Sequence record: MT446422.1
Source of the DNA: Escherichia virus TH57
Strand: one strand, 5' to 3'
Length of the DNA: 64,000 nucleotides
The translations under genes were made by a program, and so were the position numbers. This document shows, one piece after another, positions 17,920 through 26,473 of the stretch (within the stretch, counting starts at the first letter, position 1; every line of letters starts with the position of its first letter). The notes under the pieces are model-generated. The model ran no database searches, was not told the DNA's origin, and saw only the letters and a program-made list of their open reading frames with translations.

Positions 17920-18477
17920 ATGAACGAAATTAAATTAACCAAGAATAACTATGTAAATAATAAAGAGCTTTTGAAAGCTATTTCGGAGTGGAAACAGAAG
18001 CTGAATGCGAACACCGACCCGAACAAAATTATTCGCCAGAACGATGTTATTGGTCTGGCGATTATGCTTATAGCCGAAGGTCTTAGCAAACGTTTCAACT
18101 TCTCCGGATATACCCAATCCTGGAAGCAAGAAATGATAGCAGACGGAATTGAGGCCGCAATAAAAGGTCTTCATAACTTCGACGAAACAAAATACGATAA
18201 TCCACATGCTTACATAACAATGGCTTGCTTCAATGCTTTCGTTCAGCGTATCAAAAAAGAACGTAAAGAAATGGCAAAGAAATATAGCTACTTCGTCCAT
18301 AACGTATATGATTCACGTGACGACGATATGGTGGCTCTGGCTGATGAAACATTTATCCAGGACATCTACGACAAAATGACACAGTACGAATCCTCTTTAG
18401 TTAAAGCGCCAGGGTCTGATAAGAGCGCCAAAGATAAAGAAGGTGATTTGGATTTTTTATATGGAACATCAATTTGA
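17920..18477 (+). CDS. 55: late-transcription sigma factor gp55
   Basis: 185 aa; long stretches identical to recalled T4 gp55. Confidence 0.92.
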   Translation: MNEIKLTKNNYVNNKELLKAISEWKQKLNANTDPNKIIRQNDVIGLAIMLIAEGLSKRFNFSGYTQSWKQEMIADGIEAAIKGLHNFDETKYDNPHAYITMACFNAFVQRIKKERKEMAKKYSYFVHNVYDSRDDDMVALADETFIQDIYDKMTQYESSLVKAPGSDKSAKDKEGDLDFLYGTSI

Positions 18478-18694
18478 TATTACCGATTTTTTAGATAAAA
18501 TCGAGGAAGACTTTACTGCGCTCCCATATTTCATTAAACTTTATCTGCGAGACATAAAAGGTCTTCCAATTGATATCGACCCTTTAAACGTCCGGAATCT
18601 GGAATTTACTTCACCGGATAATAACGTTGATTACCGTTATCATGTGGATAATGCTAATCTATATTTTACAATTGAGTTAACTCCCAAGGATTAA
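18461..18694 (+). CDS. hypothetical protein (55.1 position)
   Basis: 77 aa from internal ATG; start uncertain. Confidence 0.4.
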   Translation: MEHQFDITDFLDKIEEDFTALPYFIKLYLRDIKGLPIDIDPLNVRNLEFTSPDNNVDYRYHVDNANLYFTIELTPKD

Positions 18695-18695
18695 T

Positions 18696-19007
18696 ATGCA
18701 AGCTCCAGATATTTCTCAACTGACCGATAAGCAGATTGAAGAAGCACAGGAACGTCTCGAAGAAGCGAACGCACTCGAAGCGCAGAGTCAAGCAGCAAAG
18801 ATTCTGAAAAAGAATGCTCGTGAAATTGCACGACTGAATAAGCATGCTCAAGGGGCAGTGCTGGAAAACAATTTTGAAGCATACAAATATGCTTTAGTTA
18901 AACTGCGTGGAATTTACCGCCAACCAGTTACGGAAGACCTGATTAAGTTGATGTGGGAAACTACTCGCAAACAAATTTGGGAAATCGTAAATGGCATTAG
19001 TAAATAA
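18696..19007 (+). CDS. hypothetical protein
   Basis: 103-aa helical ORF. Confidence 0.5.
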   Translation: MQAPDISQLTDKQIEEAQERLEEANALEAQSQAAKILKKNAREIARLNKHAQGAVLENNFEAYKYALVKLRGIYRQPVTEDLIKLMWETTRKQIWEIVNGISK

Positions 19008-19194
19008 ACCTTTTAAACGGCTTCTTGTTGGAGCCGCTTTCAGACTTCGCTCATACGGTAATATCTGTATCAAGCAGACCGAAACCGAATATAAAATGGT
19101 TGGTCAGTATTCTGATGGTATTTTTCAGATTGAGCCTGTGGCCAAGGTTTGGGTGGATTCACACCAACTTAAGAAATGGTGGCAACGATGGTAG
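18991..19194 (+). CDS. hypothetical protein
   Basis: 67-aa ORF. Confidence 0.4.
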   Translation: MALVNKPFKRLLVGAAFRLRSYGNICIKQTETEYKMVGQYSDGIFQIEPVAKVWVDSHQLKKWWQRW

Positions 19195-19284
19195 GATTTT
19201 ATGAAAGCGGATGTAACGAAGACGAACATCCGGATTTTTAAGCTTATGAACGACGAATAAGAAAAAGTTTAAGAGGTTTTATGA

Positions 19285-19458
19285 ATGACGAATTCGACGG
19301 ATTTTGATAAGATTAAATCTGGCAAAAATGAGATGATACTTCAATTTGAAGCCGCTCGTATTAAAGCAGAAAATGAAGGCACTATTACCCATAAGAAAAT
19401 CAAGTTCAAGTCTAATCGCGAACCTCTGTATGGTGTATTAATTGGAAAGGAAGCCTAG
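19285..19458 (+). CDS. hypothetical small protein
   Basis: 57 aa, AAGAGG SD, terminator overlaps its end; not in track. Confidence 0.35.
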   Translation: MTNSTDFDKIKSGKNEMILQFEAARIKAENEGTITHKKIKFKSNREPLYGVLIGKEA

Positions 19459-19470
19459 TGCTTCCTTTTT
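19446..19470 (+). terminator. rho-independent terminator
   Basis: AAAGGAAGC-CTAGT-GCTTCCTTT followed by TT. Confidence 0.65.
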
Positions 19471-19493
19471 GCTTTATATTCGGGATGATAAAA
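19466..19493 (+). promoter_or_regulatory. middle-type promoter upstream of 47
   Basis: TTTGCTTTAT MotA-box-like element, then GATAAAAT. Confidence 0.4.
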
Positions 19494-19514
19494 TGAACCA
19501 ACTGAGGAGAACAT

Positions 19515-19658
19515 ATGGAATTATTTTTAGGATATGTTGTGTTATTCATGGCATTCTACACATTCACACGAGCTTGTTGGATAGGATTCTTTTCTACTCC
19601 TGACGGGTTCATTTCAATAATTTTATTTTGCACTGCGATAACGGCGCTTGGCTTATGA
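19515..19658 (+). CDS. hypothetical small membrane protein
   Basis: 47 aa, GAGGAGAA SD, ATGA overlap with gene 47; not in track. Confidence 0.4.
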   Translation: MELFLGYVVLFMAFYTFTRACWIGFFSTPDGFISIILFCTAITALGL

Positions 19659-20674
19659 AAATTTTAAATTTAGGTGATTGGCACTTGGGTGTCAAAGCTG
19701 ACGACCCATGGGCTCAAAACATTCAACGTGATGGTATTTTACAGGCGATTGCATATTCCAAAGCGAATGGAATTAAAGTTTGGATTCAATATGGTGATAT
19801 TTTTGACGTCCGTAAGGCCGTAACGCATAAGACAATGGAATTCAGCCGCGAGATTATGGAACTCCTTCGTGAAGCAGGAATTACTATGCACACGATAGTC
19901 GGGAACCATGACATGAATCTGAAGAATAAGATTCATCCTAATGCTATCACCGAACTCCTGAATAAGTATGACCATGTTAAAATCTACGACAAGCCAACGA
20001 CTGTTGATTTTGACGGTTGTCAGATTGATATGATTCCATGGATGTGTGACGAGAACGCGACTGACATTCATCAACACATCAAAACTTCTGGTGCCGAATA
20101 TTGCATCGGTCACTGGGAATTAACCGGGTTTTATTTCTATAAAGGATTGAAATCCCACGGGCTTGAGCCTGATTTCCTTAAGAAGTACAAGCAAGTTTGG
20201 TCTGGGCACTTCCATACCATTTCAGAAGCTGCGAACGTTAAGTACATAGGAACGCCATGGACATTAACAGCAGGTGATGAGAATGACCCGCGCGGATTCT
20301 GGGAATTTGATACAGAAACCGAAGAGATGAAATTTATTCCGAATGAAACCACCTGGCATCGGAAGATTTTTTATCCAAACGAAACTATTAACTACGACGA
20401 CTTCAAAGACTTATCAGTCCGTGTTATTGTAGAAAAAGTCGATAAAGACCTGACCAAGTTCGAATCTGAATTAGAAAAGCGTGTACATGAATTGCGTGTT
20501 GTCAATAAGGTTGATAACAGTGTTGATACGACTGACTCCGAAGAAGAGTTAGACATAAAACGCTTAACTGATATGATGGCAGAATATATTGATGCATTAC
20601 CTGACACCAATGAGAAAGAATCAAAAGCTCTTAAAGCATTGGCCAACAAATTATATCTTGAGGTGCAACCGTGA
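19655..20674 (+). CDS. 47: recombination endonuclease subunit gp47 (Mre11/SbcD-like)
   Basis: 339 aa from MKILNLGDWHLG; phosphoesterase motifs GDxHLG, GDxFD, GNHD. Confidence 0.9.
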   Translation: MKILNLGDWHLGVKADDPWAQNIQRDGILQAIAYSKANGIKVWIQYGDIFDVRKAVTHKTMEFSREIMELLREAGITMHTIVGNHDMNLKNKIHPNAITELLNKYDHVKIYDKPTTVDFDGCQIDMIPWMCDENATDIHQHIKTSGAEYCIGHWELTGFYFYKGLKSHGLEPDFLKKYKQVWSGHFHTISEAANVKYIGTPWTLTAGDENDPRGFWEFDTETEEMKFIPNETTWHRKIFYPNETINYDDFKDLSVRVIVEKVDKDLTKFESELEKRVHELRVVNKVDNSVDTTDSEEELDIKRLTDMMAEYIDALPDTNEKESKALKALANKLYLEVQP

Positions 20675-20934
20675 GACTTTATGATTTTAATGAAGCGGGG
20701 CTTGAACATATCCGCGAATGTGATGTGGTTGACGACGATAATCAACCGAATACTATTAAGTATTGGTTTGAAGCTATCACTGACCGGGAAACCGGTCAAC
20801 TTATCAAAGTCTATGTAGTCACCGATTGGGCCGTAGAATTTAGTTTTAATGTAATGGAAGATGATACTCCAGAAACATTAATTCATATGGCTGAATCATG
20901 CATCAAGGATGCTTATAATGATGAAAATGTATAA
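20671..20934 (+). CDS. hypothetical protein
   Basis: 87-aa ORF, ATGA overlap. Confidence 0.5.
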   Translation: MRLYDFNEAGLEHIRECDVVDDDNQPNTIKYWFEAITDRETGQLIKVYVVTDWAVEFSFNVMEDDTPETLIHMAESCIKDAYNDENV

Positions 20935-21133
20935 ACATGATTTTCATATTGGCGATGGCTGGTTCGGTAATGTAGAATGGGACGTGGATGGTTCTTGGTA
21001 TACCGGAACTATGTATGTCACTTCTGAATATTCTGAAGGTGTTTCATGGGTCATGGAACTTGACGACGTGTTTGCTTCTTCCGAAGAAATGCTAGAATAT
21101 GCTGAACAAACAATTCGTGAGAACAATACATGA
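20927..21133 (+). CDS. hypothetical protein
   Basis: 68 aa from in-frame ATG; start uncertain (track gives 20909). Confidence 0.4.
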   Translation: MYKHDFHIGDGWFGNVEWDVDGSWYTGTMYVTSEYSEGVSWVMELDDVFASSEEMLEYAEQTIRENNT

Positions 21134-22812
21134 AAACGTTTAAGCTTAAGAAAGTTATCTATAAAAATATTATGTCGGTTGGTGCTCAACCGATTACTGT
21201 TGAACTGGATAAAGTCCAGAAAACTCTTGTAACTGGCAAGAATGGCGCAGGGAAATCTACGTTCCTTGAAGCGGTTACCTTTGCTATGTTCGGTAAGCCT
21301 TTCCGTGATGTAAAGAAAGGTCAGCTGATTAACTCGAGCAACAAAAAAGATATGCTCGTTGAATTGTGGATGGAATATGATGGAAAAGAATACTATATCA
21401 AACGCGGGCAAAAACCCAATGTTTTTGAAATCTCTTGTGGCGGTAAACGTCTTGATGAATCTGCCAGCAGTAAAGACTTCCAAGCGGAATTTGAACAGCT
21501 TATCGGAATGTCATACGCAAGCTTCAAACAAATTGTCGTACTCGGCACAGCTGGATATACCCCTTTTATGGGCCTATCCACTCCTGCCAGAAGAAAGCTT
21601 GTCGAAGACCTTTTAGAGGTTTCTGTACTGGCCGATATGGATAAGCTGAACAAATCTCTTATCCGCGAAGTCAATAGCCAAATCCAGGTGATGGATGTAC
21701 AGCATGACGGTATCGTTCAACAGATTAAAATCTATCAGGACAACGAAGACCGTCAAAGAAAATTGTCAGGCGATAATCTGTTGCGACTGCAAACGATGTA
21801 TGATGAACTTGCCACAGAAGCACGTGGAATCAAGGCAACTATCGAAGAAGCAACGACAAGACTGACCGAGATAATCTTGGGAGAAGACCCTGAGCACGAA
21901 CTCACAAAGTTAAAGCAGGAATCATTCCTGATTAAATCGAAGATTGACGATTATCGAAAGGTTGTTGGTCTGTACGAGAAAGGTGGTTGTTGTCAGACCT
22001 GTGCCAGTCAGTTGCATCCAGGAGACCCTATTGTCGCCAGGATTGAGTCAAAGATTGAAGAATGTAATGCATCGGCTGATAAGCATAAAGCTCGCCAGAA
22101 TGCTGTTCAGGAGCAATTTGATGCGTATACCAAGGCAAGACAAAACCAGCGTACAATAGCTCAAGACATTCAAACTAAGAAACAAACCTTAGTCCAGACT
22201 GTCGAAAAAGCTAAAAAGGTTAAAGCATTAATCGAGCAAGCCAAGTCAGAATTCATTGACCATGCAGCAGACATTAAAATGCTTCAAGACCAGCTTGATA
22301 AAATAGTCAAACAGAAATCTGACCTTGTGATGGAAAAATATCAACGTGGTATCCTAACGGATATGTTGAAAGATTCTGGTATCAAGGGCGCGATTATTAA
22401 GAAATATATTCCTATCTTTAATAAGCAGATAAACGCTTATCTTAAAGTTATGGAAGCTGATTATAGCTTTACGTTAGATGAAGAGTTCAACGAAACGATT
22501 AAATCTCGTGGACGTGAAGACTTTAGCTATGCATCATTTAGCCAGGGTGAAAAAGCTCGTATAGATATTGCATTGCTGTTTACATGGCGCGATATTGCTG
22601 CGAAAGTATCTGGTGTTAATATTAACACATTGATTCTGGATGAAGTTTTTGACTCGGCCACTGATGTAGAGGGTGTTAAAGCAATTGCTACCATCCTGAA
22701 CAAATTGGAAGACACCAACATTTTTATTATCAGTCACCGAGACCATGACCCGGAAGCATACGGGCAACATCTCCAGATGAAAAAAGTTGGTCGATTCACC
22801 GTTATGGAATAA
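21130..22812 (+). CDS. 46: recombination endonuclease subunit gp46 (Rad50/SbcC-like)
   Basis: 560 aa; Walker A GKNGAGKST; CxxC zinc hook; strong match to recalled T4 gp46. Confidence 0.92.
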   Translation: MKTFKLKKVIYKNIMSVGAQPITVELDKVQKTLVTGKNGAGKSTFLEAVTFAMFGKPFRDVKKGQLINSSNKKDMLVELWMEYDGKEYYIKRGQKPNVFEISCGGKRLDESASSKDFQAEFEQLIGMSYASFKQIVVLGTAGYTPFMGLSTPARRKLVEDLLEVSVLADMDKLNKSLIREVNSQIQVMDVQHDGIVQQIKIYQDNEDRQRKLSGDNLLRLQTMYDELATEARGIKATIEEATTRLTEIILGEDPEHELTKLKQESFLIKSKIDDYRKVVGLYEKGGCCQTCASQLHPGDPIVARIESKIEECNASADKHKARQNAVQEQFDAYTKARQNQRTIAQDIQTKKQTLVQTVEKAKKVKALIEQAKSEFIDHAADIKMLQDQLDKIVKQKSDLVMEKYQRGILTDMLKDSGIKGAIIKKYIPIFNKQINAYLKVMEADYSFTLDEEFNETIKSRGREDFSYASFSQGEKARIDIALLFTWRDIAAKVSGVNINTLILDEVFDSATDVEGVKAIATILNKLEDTNIFIISHRDHDPEAYGQHLQMKKVGRFTVME

Positions 22813-22836
22813 TGCTTTAAACAAGGATGTTATAAT
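22811..22836 (+). promoter_or_regulatory. middle-type promoter
   Basis: AATGCTTTAA MotA-box-like element, 12 bp, TATAAT. Confidence 0.5.
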
Positions 22837-22846
22837 AGAGGCTATT

Positions 22847-23038
22847 ATGGCTGACTTCTTAACCGGGCAGCATTTACTGGCTGTCCCTGAAATTAAACGG
22901 TATGTGTTAGTTAATACCTTTTCGAAAGATGAACACCTTGTCACTGAACGTGACTTGCAAAACGCTTTCGGTGAAGAATATGTTAAAATAATCGCGAACA
23001 GACACAATGCCTGGTTCGCATATGAATACTTTGATTAA
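22847..23038 (+). CDS. hypothetical protein (45.2 position)
   Basis: 63 aa from ATG after middle promoter. Confidence 0.4.
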   Translation: MADFLTGQHLLAVPEIKRYVLVNTFSKDEHLVTERDLQNAFGEEYVKIIANRHNAWFAYEYFD

Positions 23039-23062
23039 TTGATAATGAATAGAGAGAATATT

Positions 23063-23470
23063 ATGAACAACGTAACTGCTAAAGATATCCAAGTTAAAAC
23101 CATCCGCACTGACGCTAACCCGCATAACCAAAACCGTGTGCGCAAATCCTGGGTTCTGGCCTGTGATGAAGCATCTGCTACCCGTCTGCAGTCTCTGCCG
23201 CAAGAAATTAAATTCATGCTGTACGGTGTGATTGATACTGATGTATCTGATAAGTGGATTGAACTGATGCGTAATCACTACAACGATTCACTGGCTGCTG
23301 GTGCTAAACTGGTTATCGACCGTGATGGTTCCGAACGTCTTGAAGATGATTATTGTGTTAACTCGGACGACCATCTGGTGCAAGCCGGTTCTATTATTGC
23401 TGCGCAACTTCCAGAGTATATTGAATCTCTTCCGGAAGCTATCCGCAAACAAATGGCAGTTGTTGCTTAA
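23063..23470 (+). CDS. rpbA: RNA polymerase-binding protein RpbA (positional)
   Basis: 135 aa from ATG after GAGAGAA SD; position between 46 and 45 as in T4. Confidence 0.55.
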   Translation: MNNVTAKDIQVKTIRTDANPHNQNRVRKSWVLACDEASATRLQSLPQEIKFMLYGVIDTDVSDKWIELMRNHYNDSLAAGAKLVIDRDGSERLEDDYCVNSDDHLVQAGSIIAAQLPEYIESLPEAIRKQMAVVA

Positions 23471-23500
23471 TTAATTTTGATTTGAATAAAAGGTAATTAA

Positions 23501-24196
23501 ATGAAATTCTCTAAAGACACTATCGCAGTTCTGAAAAACTTCACCTCCATCTACTCTGGCATTATGCTTAAGCCAGGTAATACCATCCTGACCCGTTCTG
23601 TAACTGGAGCGTCATATGGCGAAGCCGAAATCAATGATACAATTGACTTTGAAGCTGCGATTTATGACCTGAACGGCTTCTTAAGTATCCTGGGCCTGGT
23701 AACTGACCAAGCTGAAGTATCTCTGGCTGAAGATGCATCGAATATCATTATCAAAGACCAACGTTCAACGATTCACTGGCCTGCAGCAGACCCGAGCACT
23801 ATCGTGTTCCCTGCTAAGAAGATTCCTTTCCCGGTAGCTAAGGTTATCTTCGACCTGAAAGGCAGTGACCTGCAGCAGCTTCTGCGTGTGGCTGGTGGTT
23901 TGTCTCTGGATACTTTTGCAATCACCAACAAAGACGGTAAGATTGTTATCCATGGTTATAACCAGCTCGAAGATAAAGAATTAGCGCGTCCATTGTATTC
24001 CCTGGTGTGTGGTGATTACGAAGGTGATGCAGCGTTTAAATTTATCATTAACAAACTGAACATGAAAATGATTCCGGCTGATTACCGTGTTATGCTTTGG
24101 GCAAAAGATGATAAATTTGCTACGAAGTTTGAAGGTACACAAGCAAGCTATGTGATTGCAATGGAACAAGGCTCTAGCCACGAATTCCAAGATTAA
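23501..24196 (+). CDS. 45: sliding clamp gp45
   Basis: 231 aa; extensive identity to recalled T4 gp45. Confidence 0.93.
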   Translation: MKFSKDTIAVLKNFTSIYSGIMLKPGNTILTRSVTGASYGEAEINDTIDFEAAIYDLNGFLSILGLVTDQAEVSLAEDASNIIIKDQRSTIHWPAADPSTIVFPAKKIPFPVAKVIFDLKGSDLQQLLRVAGGLSLDTFAITNKDGKIVIHGYNQLEDKELARPLYSLVCGDYEGDAAFKFIINKLNMKMIPADYRVMLWAKDDKFATKFEGTQASYVIAMEQGSSHEFQD

Positions 24197-24254
24197 TAAA
24201 TGGGGCTTCGGCCCCATGGAGTACAAAGTAGAAACTAATATGAGGAAAATAATA

Positions 24255-25232
24255 ATGGCAACAGTAATTAACGGTCTAACAGTCAACGAATCCGACTTCA
24301 TGTGGGAACAAAAATACCGCCCAGGCACATTATCAGAGTGTATTCTGCCGGCTCATGATAAAGAAACGTTAGAGGCGATTGTTAAAAAAGGTTTGATTCC
24401 TAACTTGATTCTGGTCAGTAGTTCCCCTGGCACCGGTAAGACAACAGTTGCGAAAGCTATGTGTGCGGATACGAATTCTGATATGTTGTTTGTTAACGGC
24501 TCCGATTGTCGAATTGACTTTGTGCGTAATGAATTGACTCGCTTTGCATCATCCAAATCAATCGAAGGGCGCCGTAAGGTAATCGTTATCGATGAGTTTG
24601 ACCGTGCAGGTCTGGCAGAATCCCAGCGACATCTTCGTAGTTTCATGGAAGCTTATTCGAGCAACTGTTCAATCATTATGACCGCGAACAACATCGATGG
24701 TATCATCACTCCATTGCAGTCCCGTTGCCGTGTGATTAAATTCGGTGAGTCAACCGATGAAGACCGTACCTCCATGCTTAAACAGATGATTCATCGTTCA
24801 GTGGCTATCTGTAAGAACGAAGGTGTTGAAATCGAAGACCTGAAAGTTGTTGCTGCCCTGGTTAAGCATAACTTCCCGGACTTGCGTAAGACAATTAACG
24901 AGCTTGACCGTTACTCTGCGAAGGGTGTTATCGATTCTGGTATCTTAAGTATCGTGACAAATAATCGCACTCCAATCGATGATGTGATTGATGCCCTTAA
25001 GGACCGTAACTTTAAAGTTCTCCGTGGCCTGGCACCGAAATTTGCAAATGATTATTCAAACTTCATTGCCAAGCTCGCTGATGAAATGTACGGCAAACTG
25101 ACTGGTGCAAGCATCATCCGTATGTATGAGATTGTGGGTGAGAACAATCAGTATCACGGGCTGGCAGCGAACACCGAAGTTCACTTGACTTATCTGTTTG
25201 CTCAACTGGCTGGGGAAATGAAATGGCTGTAA
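24255..25232 (+). CDS. 44: clamp loader large subunit gp44
   Basis: 325 aa from ATG with GAGGAAAA SD; Walker A SPGTGKTT; track ORF extends upstream in frame. Confidence 0.9.
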   Translation: MATVINGLTVNESDFMWEQKYRPGTLSECILPAHDKETLEAIVKKGLIPNLILVSSSPGTGKTTVAKAMCADTNSDMLFVNGSDCRIDFVRNELTRFASSKSIEGRRKVIVIDEFDRAGLAESQRHLRSFMEAYSSNCSIIMTANNIDGIITPLQSRCRVIKFGESTDEDRTSMLKQMIHRSVAICKNEGVEIEDLKVVAALVKHNFPDLRKTINELDRYSAKGVIDSGILSIVTNNRTPIDDVIDALKDRNFKVLRGLAPKFANDYSNFIAKLADEMYGKLTGASIIRMYEIVGENNQYHGLAANTEVHLTYLFAQLAGEMKWL

Positions 25233-25801
25233 GTCTCTTTGATGATGACGTTCAATTAAACGAACATGAGGTTGCGTGGAAATCACGTGACTTTAACAAA
25301 ATTCAGGAATTGTCCGATTCATACAAAGAGAAAGCAGAAAATGAATTGTTCGCGATTCTTAATGACATAACCGTTAGCAAAAAACCACGGAACCTGATTC
25401 AATCGGAAAACTACAATAAATTCTGGTTGGAAAACGCATTGAGCCAACATGTCGATTGCATTATGCAGGTGAACGTGATGAACTTAATCGGTTCCGGGTT
25501 AACAGACCAACAGCATTATAATTATTTGCTGCATGCGGTTCCACAAGGCAAACGTTATGGTAAATGGGCAAAGGCTGAGCCGGATGCGGTCAACGTCCAG
25601 CTTGTGTTAAAGCTTTTAATGAAATATTATACAATTAATGCAGATGATGCTTTGATGTATATGGAAACATTGAAAGTCAAAGGTAGTCTTAAAGATGTTT
25701 TGAAAAAGACAAAAGGTCTGGTAACGGATGAATTCTTAAAGACCGTTACCAGTAATGTGAAAGAACAAAAAGAAATTAAAAAACAAATATTGGAATGGTA
25801 A
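25223..25801 (+). CDS. 62: clamp loader small subunit gp62
   Basis: 192 aa, overlaps gene 44 end; synteny. Confidence 0.85.
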   Translation: MAVSLFDDDVQLNEHEVAWKSRDFNKIQELSDSYKEKAENELFAILNDITVSKKPRNLIQSENYNKFWLENALSQHVDCIMQVNVMNLIGSGLTDQQHYNYLLHAVPQGKRYGKWAKAEPDAVNVQLVLKLLMKYYTINADDALMYMETLKVKGSLKDVLKKTKGLVTDEFLKTVTSNVKEQKEIKKQILEW

Positions 25802-25802
25802 A

Positions 25803-26171
25803 ATGATTGAAATTACATTAAAGCAACCTGAAGACTTCCTGAAAGTTAAAGAAACTCTGACCCGTATGGGCATCGCAAATAATAAAGACCGTGTGCTGTA
25901 CCAGAGCTGCCACATCCTCCAGAAGCAAGGTCGTTACTATATTGTTCACTTCAAAGAAATGCTGCGTATGGATGGTCGCCAGGTAGATATTGATGGTGAA
26001 GACTATCAGCGCCGTGATTCCATTGCTCAACTGCTCGAAGACTGGGGCTTAATCACTATCAAAGAAGAAGAGCATAATGAATTGTTCGCAGTAACAAACA
26101 ACTTCCGTGTTATCTCCTTTAAACAAAAAGACGACTGGAAGCTCGTAGCCAAATATACAATTGGTAATTGA
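25803..26171 (+). CDS. regA: translational repressor RegA
   Basis: 122 aa, near-identical to recalled T4 RegA. Confidence 0.92.
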   Translation: MIEITLKQPEDFLKVKETLTRMGIANNKDRVLYQSCHILQKQGRYYIVHFKEMLRMDGRQVDIDGEDYQRRDSIAQLLEDWGLITIKEEEHNELFAVTNNFRVISFKQKDDWKLVAKYTIGN

Positions 26172-26172
26172 T

Positions 26173-26388
26173 ATGAAGCATGAAATTGAAACATGCGAAC
26201 GCCTTAAAGAAATATATGGACTTTCCCCAACTCAAACTATTTTTGACCTTTCCGAAGAACTTCAAATAGAATTTCAAAAGGAACTCAAGAAATTATTGCA
26301 TCCTGGGCAGAGAGTCTTCCAGGCTATGGTTAGAACTAAAGATGAAAAGGGGAATCCGACCATCGAACGTCGTACAATAGAAATTTAA
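26173..26388 (+). CDS. hypothetical protein
   Basis: 71 aa between regA and the gene 43 control region; start uncertain. Confidence 0.4.
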   Translation: MKHEIETCERLKEIYGLSPTQTIFDLSEELQIEFQKELKKLLHPGQRVFQAMVRTKDEKGNPTIERRTIEI

Positions 26389-26391
26389 AGC

Positions 26392-26413
26392 AAAGGGACT
26401 TCGGTCCCTTTTG
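26392..26413 (+). terminator. rho-independent terminator
   Basis: AGGGAC-TTCG-GTCCCT followed by TTT. Confidence 0.65.
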
Positions 26414-26416
26414 TAG

Positions 26417-26473
26417 TATAATAGCGTCAAGTCATAAAACAAAAGTCAATCACTCGACTATAAAGGAAACCAA
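26417..26473 (+). promoter_or_regulatory. gene 43 promoter and putative translational operator hairpin
   Basis: TATAAT at 26417-26422; hairpin AGTC-AATCACTC-GACT (26444-26459) then AUAAAGGAAACCAA AUG, like the T4 gp43 operator layout. Confidence 0.4.

Noticed and set aside
20944-21483. 179-aa minus-strand ORF overlapping the 46.x ORFs and the gene 46 start
   Set aside because: Antisense to confidently called + strand genes; no promoter or SD context.
22534-23007. 157-aa minus-strand ORF overlapping the 3' end of gene 46
   Set aside because: Antisense to gene 46 and the 45.2-position ORF; no RBS.
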